This document shows, one piece after another, positions 11,669 through 23,747 of a stretch of DNA of 64,000 nucleotides. Made by a program: the position numbers and the translations under genes. Source of the DNA: Macrostomum lignano. Its lineage: Eukaryota. The stretch spans positions 42,501 through 106,500 of the forward strand of contig NIVC01002806.1 in the NCBI GenBank assembly GCA_002269645.1, given 5' to 3'. Each line of letters opens with the position of its first letter. The first letter of the stretch is position 1. The notes under the pieces are model-generated. The model did no database searches, was not told the origin of the DNA, and was given only the letters and a program-made list of their open reading frames with translations.

Positions 11669-13881
11669 GTGTATACGATAGTCTGTTTCGCTTGAAAACC
11701 GTAAAATATCTAAAACAGGATCAGCCAGTGTGTTGTGGCTGAAGTATGCTACTGGTGCAGGGACGGTGCATGTGCCCAGATTAGCCGGCAGATTCTATTT
11801 ATTCTCTGCTTACTTCCCACATTGTTTGCCAACCCAAACTTCATTGACGCTTATTGTTTGCCCGATCCCTAGACTCTTCCGCAGTCACATGCAGCCATGA
11901 TCCTCAAACAAAGCTTGTTAAGTCAATCAATCCAGTCTACCACGGAAAATGAATATGATAGATTTGGTCGCTCATTCAGTCAATACGCTTGCAAAGGCAA
12001 TAATTATCGTCATTCGTCCCTACGGATCAGGATACGGTTTTTTGTTATTCGGAGGTAACTATATTTTTTCCGTCTTTTAGAAGCCTGATTGGTGGTAAGC
12101 CCTGCTTGCCATGCCTCAACCTCAATTTCTGCCGGCTTAAGTCACTACCCTATCTCTAGCAACTACGCCAGCTACCGAATTTTTAATATTGACTGTGCCA
12201 CATATACAGCTTAAAATTTCTGTAAAGCGACCTTAGTTAAGCGTGTGCCATTGCTTTTCGGTGACCTTGTCGTGACCTTGTAGACGTGGCATAGTCAATA
12301 TAGTAGAAATTCGGTAGCTGGCGCGGTTGCCAGGGCCCTGTCGGCTTGTCGATGTTCAAATCTACGGCCACATCTATGCTTTACCCGAAAGAGACTGGGT
12401 GACCGCACAGATCCAAACACTAGATGTGTCAAATCAATATAAAAATGGTAACTTTTTTCGCTCAATTTCACACATAGAATGTCAGTTTTGCCTTACACTA
12501 TTCAAGACTAAAAATATAAATGAACGCAATATGCGTAAAAAAACAGGTTCCAGTGTTCCAAAAAGACAATTGGTATGAACAAAAACATGTTGAACACCGG
12601 AGCAGGATAACACCTCGTACTGTTACAGAATTACAAATATTGGAAAAACTAATTAGGGAGAAGTTATTGAAACCACTTCAAAGAAGTATCGAGGAATCAG
12701 CCAGGAGATCTGGTTTCAGTGTGCGCTTAGTGAAACTCTTTCTAGCTTTTTTTCGATCCACTGCGATTGCAGGGCTGTGCATGCTCCGCGTCTTAAGTCT
12801 GCACCGTACCAGTGTCGAGTCATGAATTCCAAGATGTGCTTGCATATTCAGCAAAGGGATTCAAGCTCGCAACAAACTGCATGGCAGCATAGTCTGGGGC
12901 TGGGGGTGAAACAGTTCCCTGAAATAGACGTGCCGGCGTGGATGTTGGATTTCTGGGGCTGCAGATGAAGGCGAGTCGGCTGTTGTGACGGAAATGACCC
13001 GGCCGGCTCGTAAATGCACCTCATACATGTATCTGAAATATTTATGGCTGCTGCAGTTTTCCAGTAATTTCTGTTATCGACCCATATTCTGCGTTGATCA
13101 GTGACAGACAAAATTTTATTAGCCTAGCGGACACAGTCTTGAGGCGAAACCGACATTCTGAGTGGAATCGAGCGAAAAAAGTGACCAACTTTTTATACTG
13201 AGATGACATCTGGTAGTACTTTTTGGATAGGCAGCGAGTGATACGCTCTGCTAAAATAAACGAGTTATCTATACGTCTGGAACGGACAAACCAGCAAGAG
13301 GTAGGAAGTGAGCCAGGCCAACGATTTCCTATTTAGTAGTTTCAGCTACTAAAATTTATTAAACTCTGCTTGTGAGTTTAGAGCTCAATGATTGAGTTTA
13401 GAGCTCAATGATAAAGATAGATTGAAATCATAATTTTATTACTTCAAAATTAAAGCTCATAAAGATAAAGCAGAAAAGCAAAAGGAACGAACTCTCGTTT
13501 AAAGACTTCGACAAGACAAGACGATCTCTTTTTCGGGCAGCGGTTGCGCCGCTATCGAGTTTTCGGATCACAGCAGTAATGCACAATGCACGCATCCACC
13601 TATTCGTTGGCTTGACAATTACGTCTTGCTCAAGTAAAACAAATGTTATGGATTGCTGTGCTAAATATAGTGGTGTTAATATTAAAAAAAATGATAAGAA
13701 ATGGATTCAGACTTGATGAAATAAGTATCTGCAGTAGCACATACCATGCCAGTACATGTCCCACCGTTACAACCAACAGCCTTAGTCAGACAAAAAATAT
13801 ATTGCTCTTTAAGTGTAAGTGAAAATGATGAATATCACGGCGATCCAGTCTCACAGATCCATACACTCGTCGCTCGTGGGC

Positions 13882-15737
13882 TTAGGGCTTTGTCTTATTG
13901 CCTGGTCGGTCCAGAGTCTTCGCTGAAAAATCGCCTTCCAAGCATTCTGCACCAGATAAAGTGGCTACGGCGAAGAAGCAGATTAGAAAAATGGTTAAAA
14001 TTGTAACCACAATGTATGTGGCGAAGAACATTTTATCGGCCGATGACACAACAGTGGCCCATTCGTTGCCATGGGGACTAGCCGGGTTTTCCGGCTCGTG
14101 GACATTGGACTGCTGATCTGTTTCATTTGTTGGTGCCACCTTCATTGGTCTCCTAGCGACAAGCCGGTTGAGGAAAAGAACGCGGATTAGCCGGCTGCTG
14201 ACGCGAGCGCTGCTGTGCTGCTTGGAGTGGCAGTCGAGCACGAATGCGTTGCAGAGAACGTTCAGCATGGTCGTCATCACTGCGATGCTAAAGTACCAGG
14301 CTGCAACGAAGTTATTACATTTGTATAGGCCATTTTTTGTTGAATTGATATAACTTATTTATCCAAAGAGACTCACAGATGAGCGGCATGGACTCGCTCT
14401 GCGTAGGCGTGTATACGTGTAGTTTCCAGCCAGCTGCAGGAACACGCACATGGACAGCACGATGGTGATGCTGAAGGAGACTCGCTCGCCGCACTCGGGT
14501 GGCAGGCGGAAGGCGAACACAGAGATGGAGAGGAGGAGGATGCTGGGGAAGAACAGGTTCGTCACGTAGAACGCGGGCTTTCTCTGAAAAGATTTATAGA
14601 AGTTATGCTTTTCCGTGGAAAGTACGGGTTTATGCAAGTCGTGCGTACTTGACCGAGATTCTTCAGTGGGATTGACCAAGTCGTATGGCACGACATTGAC
14701 TTTGTTACCGGATGAGTGTTATAAATTTGCCATTTTAAAGTGCTTTTTAATTACCGAAATTTACTTACTTGAAACTTTACAACAAACCGAGCCACGTCCT
14801 GCGTAAGCACCTCTTCTTTCTCCATAAGCAATTCCTGAATGCAGAACTCATTATTCTGCATCAAATAGTCTTTCCTTGAGATGTCTTTGAAAATCGGAGT
14901 TACGTTAAGCATCAGCGTTCGCCTTTCTTGAATTTGTGATTTGAACTGCACTTCGCAACTCTGGCTGTCGAATGGGAACAGGAACATCTCCATCTGGCAC
15001 TTGAAGGTGACGAGCTGCGCAATTCCTTGAGTAACGTCTCCTCTTTCCATAATCATGACAGGTGACTTTTCCAAATTGGCATCCTTGATATCAACTCTGT
15101 TGCGAAATGGTCAGATTTTACTATTTACTGTCCATCTGGATTTTGCGAAATTCCATTGAAACTTACGCGTTACTGACTGAAACGTCCGGCTTCCGACTTT
15201 GGTCCGCTAAGATTGTCGGAATGTCGCGAAATGTCGAGTTAAACTTTCCTTTCCATAAGAGCCGTGAGTCTAACCATCTCTGAGATTTGGAATGCAAGTC
15301 AGCATTGAATTTTATATCAAAGCGAAAGGTACTTTAATACGAAAAGAACACGCGAGCCCGGCTTTGAACCAACCTTTGCTAGGTAGAAATGCAGAGTCAC
15401 CTCCTGAGAAGCCGAGTTCTGAAATCGATTGAATTAAGCAATTTTTCCTTTGCATACACATGTAATTGAAAACAGAAATATAAGAATACCTATTCGGCAA
15501 GCACAATCAGCTTACAACTTTCACAAGGTTGTACAAATAGACATATATGCTGACTGTGTTGGCAATATCATTGTCCGGCGGCGGTCGGACCCGGCTGTTG
15601 TACTCGGTGTCGATCTTCAACGCTGACTGCACCAGGGCGTCCGGTGAGGGAGCAGCATCTTTTCTGGCTTCAATGAAGGATGCAGTTGCGATGAGGAGAG
15701 CGCAGACAATAAAGCCGCGGATTCCGGGAGAGTCCAT
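13882..15737 (-). pseudogene. Cys-loop channel subunit B, frameshifted by an 8-bp insertion in exon 5
   Basis: Exons 15737-15516, 15418-15374, 15279-15167, 15096-14769, 14583-14377, 14300-13882. Exon 5 is 207 nt versus 199 nt in A and C; insertion TATACACG at ~14408-14420 shifts the frame after M2 (GNYT-YTRLRR). Loop A also lacks the Trp of WxPD (QSRKPD). Confidence 0.8.
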
Positions 15738-16794
15738 CTCAGTAGTTAGCTTCTGAGAGTGAGTGACGAGTCTTCCTTTCCATCATCAAATGCATTTTTA
15801 TCGTTTAATCGGTTGACTAATAGCTTCATGGGAAATGGACCCATTTGTTTGCACTGTCATTGCCATATTTACTAATTTACCTAAGCTTTTTGATGGGTTT
15901 CAGGCTCCTGTTAGCCCCACTGCAGAAGCTACTGGTTATCTGAGGCAAACTTTTATTGTTTGAATGCCAGTGAATATCGTTTTTGGCGAATCGGTTACTC
16001 AAATAAATGCATCGCTGAATTTCAGTAATTCAGCCACATGGTGTTGAAGAAGTTTCTACAAGCCGGTATAGAATACTCATTTAATTTGCTCGTGAGCTGT
16101 CCAAACACTTGTCGTTCGTGAAATGTAGTTATAGCCAAAACATAAATTCGTAGAATCGATCCATCAATCGTTTGACGGAGCCGCTTAGTAAATAAAGTCT
16201 ATAAGTCTACGAGAAGCAAACATTTACTTGCAAAGTCGCAAATTGCTATGGCGCCTAAGGGTCTATGAGTCTGGACTCTGGTGAGTCTGCCTAACTAGTT
16301 AACCACTACTTCGCTCGTATTTACCTAGACTGTAGCAGACTTCCTTAAATTTTGGCTTATTTGATTCAATTTTTTTTATTAGAGGCAGGGGGGTTGTGTG
16401 CACCCTGGCGCACTTTAAGCGACATAGGCACACAACCGGCGAGAGGCATTACTGCCCATTCCGCCGACTCCCCTGAGCAGGCATACAAGCGCGCGGATGC
16501 GTTGATTGTAAAAATGGGATTTTAACCCCAATTTAGGGCTCTAGAAAAAACTTCAGATTTTCTTCTTTCTTAACTCTTCTCTCATCTCTTTCCTTTTCGG
16601 TCTCTTCTCTCGCCTATCTTTTCTCTCTCATATCTTCATTCTTCTCTCTACCCCATTCCCTCTTACATTTGTATTTTCTAAAATGGGAGTATCTCGGCGT
16701 TGCTTGTTTGGCAAGCTTTCGAATATTAGATTCAAATGTTTGCTTTCGGCTCAAAACCCGTGATTTGTAGAATTGCTATTGTACAATAGGATTC

Positions 16795-17680
16795 TCGGGT
16801 GTCAGTTTGGCAGAATCATTTTGCCATTCTTACATTTACGAGTGAACCAAGACATTTATTGACGGTGAGCATGCGCCGTAACTATCTGTCCAATAAAATC
16901 TAATAAATAAACATTCGAAATGTTGCTCTTAAATATCAATTTTATCCAAAAGAACAGTTTAACGCTGCGGTCAATCAAAGCAAACCCTCCTCAGTTCCCT
17001 CTTTGTAACTGTCCTGCACAGCATGTCAGTTAAAGCTCAGTTCCTTCCAGGCATTTAACGTTGGACACGCTGATCGCCAAGACGCAAATGCCAACAGTTG
17101 CAAGCACCGGCACCAGTGAGAATGCGATGAAGAACACTTTGTCGGCCGATGTCACGACAGTGATCCACTCGTTTCCATGGCGACTAGCTGTGCCGTCTGT
17201 TTGACAGGCATCCGATTTTTGATCAGCCGCATCGGTTTCCGTAGCATCGTTTGGCCTGCTCTTCCCAGCGACAAGCCGGTTGAGGAAGAGAGCGCGGATC
17301 AGCCGGTTGCTGACACGAGCGCTGCATTGCTGCTTGGAGTGGCAGTCGAGCACGAACGCATTGCAGAGCACGTTCAGCATGGTCGTCATCACTGCGATGC
17401 TGAAGTACCAGGCTGCAAGGCAAACTGGTGCATATTAGTAAGCAAGCAAATGAGTTGAAGTTGACACAGCGTCGCGTCCATCTCGTGACTCACTGATCAG
17501 TGGCACGGACTCGCTCTGTGCGGGGGTGTGGCTTCCGGCCAGCTGCAGGAACACGCACATGGACAGCACGATGGTGATGCTGAAGGAGACTCGCTCGCCG
17601 CACTCGGGCGGCAGGCGGAAGGCGAACACAGAGATGGAGAGAAGGAGGATGCTGGGGAAGAACAGGTTCGTCACGTAGAA
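16795..17680. repeat. Near-identical ~885-bp block shared with 20341-21223 (3' halves of channels C and D)
   Basis: Exons 5-6, the intervening intron and the 3' flank are almost letter-for-letter identical at an offset of about 3546 bp, with only scattered substitutions and one 3-nt indel. Confidence 0.97.
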
Positions 17681-18780
17681 GCTATACTTTCTCTGAAATC
17701 AGCGTTTTTTTCTTCTGCGTTAATGGATTAATGCCTTTGCACCCAATGAAAATAAAACTTCATCCTACCTGAAACTTTATTTGATAGCGCAGTGCATGCT
17801 GCAATTTTACAATGACCTCCCGTTTGATTTTTAACTCCTGAACGCAGAACTCGCTGTTTTTGGTTAAGAAATCTTCAGCCGATGCGTTTTCAAGTTCTGT
17901 TTTTATATCCAGTGTCATGGATGCCATAGTCTGCATTCGAGGATTGATTGAAAAACTGCAGCTCTGACTGTCGAATGGAAAAGATAGCATCTCCATTCGG
18001 CACTTGAAAGTGATGACCAGCTCCTTTCCGTGATACACTAAGCCGGTGTTTATGATCGATGCGGGTGAGTCGTCAGAGATTTCTTTTGATTCCAACCTGT
18101 TTTTATCATGGAAAACCGATTCAAAGCTTTTACTAAGCAAGTAGGTGAAGAATTCCACCCTAGCATATAAATTCGAAAGTCACTCACACTTTGGTCACTG
18201 TTATAGCCGGTTTCCAAATCAGATTGGAATCAATTAAAATGCTATGAATTTGGTCGAACGTTGAATTGAATTTTCCAAGCCAAGACAGACGCGTATCAGT
18301 CCAAACCTGGAATATAGAACCGGAGGTAAACTATGATTTTTGACCTCGTAAGCAACCTTATTGTGATCGAGTTTAATGAAAAACTGTCTTTGGTACTCTT
18401 TCCAGCCAGAACTGAAGCGTCACTTCCTGAGACGCCGAATTCTGAAACAATAAATATTATTAAGATTGATATGGACTGCAAGTCGAATATTGAAGAACTG
18501 CACGAGGTGCTTGTAGCTCAGAGAGTTTACAATTTGGAAGTGGGGCACTCACCACGCTGGCGAGGCTGAACAAGTGGACATACAAGTTGATGAGGTTGGC
18601 GGTTCCGTTGTCGGGCGGCGGGCGGACGGCTCTGTTGTACTCGGTGTCGAGTTTCAGCGCTGCCACCACGGCAGCGTCGGGGGAGGCAACGTCCACGGCT
18701 TCTACAACAGCGAGTAGGACCGCTCCGGTTGTGATGAGGCACCAGAGAGAGGGCATGATGGAGACTGGCCTCTGTGACAT
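17030..18780 (-). CDS. Cys-loop ligand-gated ion channel subunit C (divergent)
   Basis: Exons 18780-18553, 18441-18397, 18306-18188, 18096-17769, 17692-17494, 17412-17030; intact frame; Cys-loop CRMEMLSFPFDSQSC; M2 GERVSFSITIVLS. The ORF-track start at 18786 is GTG; first in-frame ATG is 18780. Confidence 0.92.
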
Positions 18781-19298
18781 CTTCACATTGTACGTGGCAA
18801 CTATTCCACTTTTTTGCTATTTTCTCCCCTACTGCGCTTGCAAAAATAGTCTCGCTCGACTCTATCGCATGTTGTTTGCCAAGGCAAACTGGCGAATGAT
18901 AAGAGAGTCTTGCCTTTCTGCCTGCCTCAAAAATCAGACACGAGCTAATATTACATGTATTGGGCTTTCTGGCAGTCAACCGGGAAGCCGTGTTGGTCAA
19001 CAGAATTCACCCTGTTCGCCACTAATTAATGTTTAAACTGCAAATCATCTGACCCAGGATATACCAGACTGATGGATTGGCTGTTTGCTGATCATTTTTG
19101 CTATCTGCTGGACAGTCAACACTTTTTATTTGGTGAAGCAAGTCAAATTTTTGGGGCAATTGCAACTGCAGCGAAAAACTAGCTTATGTCGACTGAGAGC
19201 AGGAAATGAAAAATATAATATCCCGAAGCAGACTGTTGTCTAGCTGGGAGTCTCTCGCAGGCTTGGGGTTGTCTACAGATGGGTCAGTCAGACCAATA

Positions 19299-19711
19299 TC
19301 AATGAGTTAAACGTACGCAGACACAAAGCACTTAGAGAACACTGCAATCAAAAATTAGAAGCCTCGGAAACCTAGGACTCCTCCTTGACGGAAATAAGGG
19401 TGAGAGGTTCCATATTTATAGCGCGGGATTCACCACTGCTCCATGCGCACAAAACCTCGTGACTTTGTTCTATTTTTAGAACTGACGTCACTTGGGGTCT
19501 CCGGGCAGAGTGCACTAGGCTGTGACTCAGTGTCTATTTTTAGAAACATGAACACTGCATGTGTTTAGAGAAGGGAAGGACCTTAGGCACGTGATTCTCC
19601 CGTAAACACAGACCAGCGAGTGCAGTAAACATTTTTACTGCACTTTAGGAAACAAGTGCTGATTGCAGTGTTCTCTAAGTGCTTTGTGTCTGCGTACGTT
19701 TAACTCATTGA
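19299..19711. repeat. 52-bp perfect inverted repeat pair (19299-19350 / 19660-19711) enclosing ~310 bp
   Basis: TCAATGAGTTAAACGTACGCAGACACAAAGCACTTAGAGAACACTGCAATCA and its exact reverse complement; no target-site duplication seen. Confidence 0.95.
19391..19545 (-). promoter_or_regulatory. Compact promoter-like cassette: Inr, TATA, MEF2 x2, CRE, AP-1
   Basis: TATAAAT on - strand at 19420-19414 with Inr-like TTATTTC about 25 nt downstream; CTATTTTTAG (MEF2 consensus) at 19470-19479 and 19534-19543; TGACGTCA at 19483-19490; TGACTCA at 19523-19529. Motif matches only. Confidence 0.5.
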
Positions 19712-20575
19712 CTTGGAAACAGACTCCGAGAAAACAAGATCTGTCATGTGACTTGCTCACAGGACAGGGAAAACAGGCCAATAGCGTGACTTCAAGACTG
19801 GAACAAAACAAGAGCAGACCACAGCAGAGAAGCTTGTGGCTGCAAACAGGAGCGCAGAAAACGGGCAGATAACGGGCAGAAAGCGGGAATGGGGCAGCAA
19901 ACAGGCAGACAAAAGGGAAGACGGGAAGCTGACCAGCGGCAGACAGCGACCCAGGGCGAGGGCGAGGGTGAGGGAAACTGCTGACCAAGGGCGACGCTTA
20001 ACACCAAACTTGCGGATCACTACACTAGATTAGCTCGTATAGCATTTGCAACTGCCTGAGGCTCGAGTAGGAAGGGTCTCCAACTGCGAGCTCGTACAAC
20101 TGTAAATCGCGTTGAAAATAAAGTAAAAAACAACGGTCAGCTGATTTTAGAGATCAGGGTTACAAGAGTTTTTATTGCGAGACAGCGCGTCAACAAGGTA
20201 AACATAGTTTTTGGATTCACTATTCAATCATCGGATTTGCTTAGTTTTTATTCAATATTCCATTTAGCTTAACATCCCGGTTCCATTCGAAGAAAATGTT
20301 TGGTTTGCGCGATTTTACGAGTCCTGAGTCAGCTCAGTCGTCGGGTGTCAGTTTGGCAGAATCATTTTGCCATTCATACATTTACGAGTGAACCAAGACA
20401 TTTATTGACAGTGAGCATGCGCTGTAACTATCTGTCCAATAAAATCTTATAAATAAACATTTGAAATGTTGCTCTTAAATATCAATTTTATCCAAAAGAA
20501 CAGTTTAACGCTGCGGTCAATCAAAGCAAACCCTCCTCAGTTCCCTCTTTGTAACTGTCCTGCACAGCATGTCAG

Positions 20576-22710
20576 TTAAAGCTCAGTTCCTTCCAGGCAT
20601 TTAACGTTGGACACGCTGATCGCCAAGACGCAAATGCCAACAGTTGCAAGCACCGGCACCAGTGAGAATGCGATGAAGAACACTTTGTCGGCCGATGTCA
20701 CGACAGTGATCCACTCGTTTCCATGGCGACTGGCTGCGCTGTCCGTTTGACAGGCATCCGATTTTTGATCAGCCGCATCGGTTTCCGTAGCATCGTTTGG
20801 CCTGCTCTTCCCAGCGACAAGCCGGTTGAGGAAGAGAGCGCGGATCAGCCGGTTGCTGACACGAGCGCTGCATTGCTGCTTGGAGTGGCAGTCGAGCACG
20901 AACGCATTGCAGAGCACGTTCAGCATGGTCGTCATCACTGCGATGCTGAAGTACCAGGCTGCAAGGCAAACTGGTGCATATTAGTAAGCAAGCAAATGAG
21001 TTGAAGTTGACACAGCGTCGCGTCCATCTCGTGACTCACTGATCAGTGGCACGGACTCGCTCTGTGCGGGGGTGTGGCTTCCGGCCAGCTGCAGGAACAC
21101 GCACATGGACAGCACGATGGTGATGCTGAAGGAGACTCGCTCGCCGCACTCGGGCGGCAGGCGGAAGGCGAACACAGAGATGGAGAGGAGGATGCTGGGG
21201 AAGAACAGATTCGTCACGTAGAAGCCCGGCTTTCTCTGAAATGGGTGTTTTAATCTGGTGGGTTGATCCAAATTAGATATTTTTTATGATTTGACCAAGA
21301 TTTCACCGCTTGGATTTCACAATCATTGGAAAGAGCGTTTTGCAATTTGTGAAGAAACCAAGGCTTTAAATGTACTGAAATGATCTTGTTTTACCTAAAT
21401 ATTAGATTAGATTAGATTAATTAATTTAATTAGATTTCGACATTTTAGAAATAAATAATTATTCGCAGGATTGTGGACATCCTGGCACAGCGCCATCGGC
21501 GACCGTCCCGCAACCAGAGCTGAGGCGATTCTGCTCATCTCGCTGACTCAGCTGAGCACATGCCAGCGTGCGCATACTGTACGCAGGCGCGCACTCAAAC
21601 TCGCACAGGGTCTCGAAAAACCCAGTTTTCAGCAGGTTTTCTTTGTCTCAAAACCCACAAACAGAAATTCTAAAATTTAGCAGAAGCAAAGAAACAAATA
21701 CCTGAAAAGTCAGGCGGTAGCGCACCAAATGCTGACCGGAAACCGTCTTTCTTTTCATTGACAACTTCTGAATGCAGAACTCGCTGTTCTCTACTAAAAA
21801 CATGTGTCGCGTAGAATTGACAATCTCCGTATCAACATTCAGTACCATCGAGTCCGTCTGCTGCATTCGAGTACTGATCCAGAAGCCGCATTTCTGCCTG
21901 TCGAACGGGAAGAAGAACATCGCCATCTGGCACTTGAATTTGACGATCATCTCCATCCCGTGATAGACCGAGCCGGTGCTCATGATCGAAGCTGGAGCAT
22001 CACGTGCGATTTCCCTTGACGCCAGACTGTTTTGAGTGCACATAATGGATTCATTAAATGGTTTGCATTGATTGACGCAAGAGTTGGGTCATCATGAGCC
22101 TATTTGAACTAGATGATGTCAATCTTATTACCGAAAAATCTCACCTCCTTACTACTGCCGTTTCCGGTCGCCAAATTCGGTTGCCAGCAATGTAAATTCT
22201 TTTAATATTGCCGAACGATGAGTTGAACTTTCCTAACCAAGACAGTCGCGAGTCAGTCCAAATCTGGAAAATTAAAAAAATTGTCCTAAAAATTCTTTAT
22301 GAGCAGATTTTCTCGTTTTATTACCCTTTCAAGCCAAAACTGCAGCGTCACTTCCTGAGAGGCCGAGTTCTGAAATATTATGATATTGTCCGCTTTTGTC
22401 AATGACGGATCGAAAACATCGCAGATCGGGTCGAAAGACAAAAATTGCACTACAGGGACAAAAGAAACAACCTTACCACGCTGACGAGGCTGAACAGATA
22501 GATGTACAAGTTGATGACATTGGCGGTTCCGTTGTCGGGCGGCGGTCGGATCGCACTGTTGTACTCGGTGTCAAGTTTCAGCGCTGCCACCACGGCAGCA
22601 TCGGGCGAGGCAACATTCGCGGCTTCGGCAACAGCGAGCAGGACGCAACAAGCGGTGATGAAGCGTCCATAATAGGAAATAATCGGATGACGCGTCCGTG
22701 CGATTAACAT
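20576..22710 (-). CDS. Cys-loop ligand-gated ion channel subunit D (divergent)
   Basis: Exons 22710-22477, 22369-22325, 22263-22145, 22026-21702, 21235-21040 (196 nt, one Leu shorter in M1), 20958-20576; intact frame; Cys-loop CQMAMFFFPFDRQKC. Confidence 0.92.
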
Positions 22711-23747
22711 TGTCGATTGGATTTGGTTTTAGACGTAAAGCTTTTGTTTTCCTCCGCTATCTCTCTTGTCGCTCCATATAATTTGATTGCAGCTCATATC
22801 CTGCTGGGCGTCCCCAGCAAAATGTATTGATTAAATGTTTGCAATCAGGGTGACTATTGGGCCTGAGGAAGAGTTTATTGACTTAACGTGCGCGAAAGTC
22901 AAACAGTAGCATCGGGTAAAGGCCCCACGGGACTTTGTAGCAGGGGACTAATGCGAGAGATCGCAGATCTGGGCAAAAAATTCTGTTGACTTTACATGCA
23001 GTTCTTCGATTAGCAAGCATCAGATCAGTACCTTAGATTCGCCTCTCAATCCGGAAATATTTGACAATTTCCTGTTCACATAATGCAGCTGACGCAATAA
23101 GCTGGAAATGCATTCGCATTAATGGAAATGAAAGACACACACATTGTTGGCAAACATTGCCTGGTCCAGAAGCATCATGCAATAACGTGTGGAAACACCT
23201 TAGCTCCAGATAATATGGCTCCTGGACTGGCGCGATTTTACGGTTGTGAAGTTGAAAAATAAAAGGCGCTATACGAACTTACTTTTAGTTTTTTCAATGG
23301 GTTTTCACTTCGGCAAGCTAATTAGTTAGTTGCGAGAGTGCAATAAAATGGCACTTTTATTTGCGTAGATATGAAAAATATTGAATTCAAAGCTCGGATT
23401 TTGGAGCAAAACTGCGACACCGAGATAAAAACGTATGAAGTAAATGGCTTTTAGATTGAAGACGTCTACGTAACCGAATTCATGGATACATCTAAGTGGG
23501 TCAGTTGAAAAGTGATGAAATTATGGAATTTATTGGATGGATGGTAGGTGATTGAGTTAGTTAGGAAGACATCTGATTAGGAATGGAGTTAACTCAACAA
23601 AAATCTGCCTCTAAAAATCAATTCAGGCTTGTGCATATCAGCATAATGAGTTTTTCTAGTGTCAAGGGTTGAATATCGATAGTGCTCAACGAGTTTAAAA
23701 GTTCATCTCGCACTTCAGTTATTGTTCAAATTCGATCAATGAGTAGT

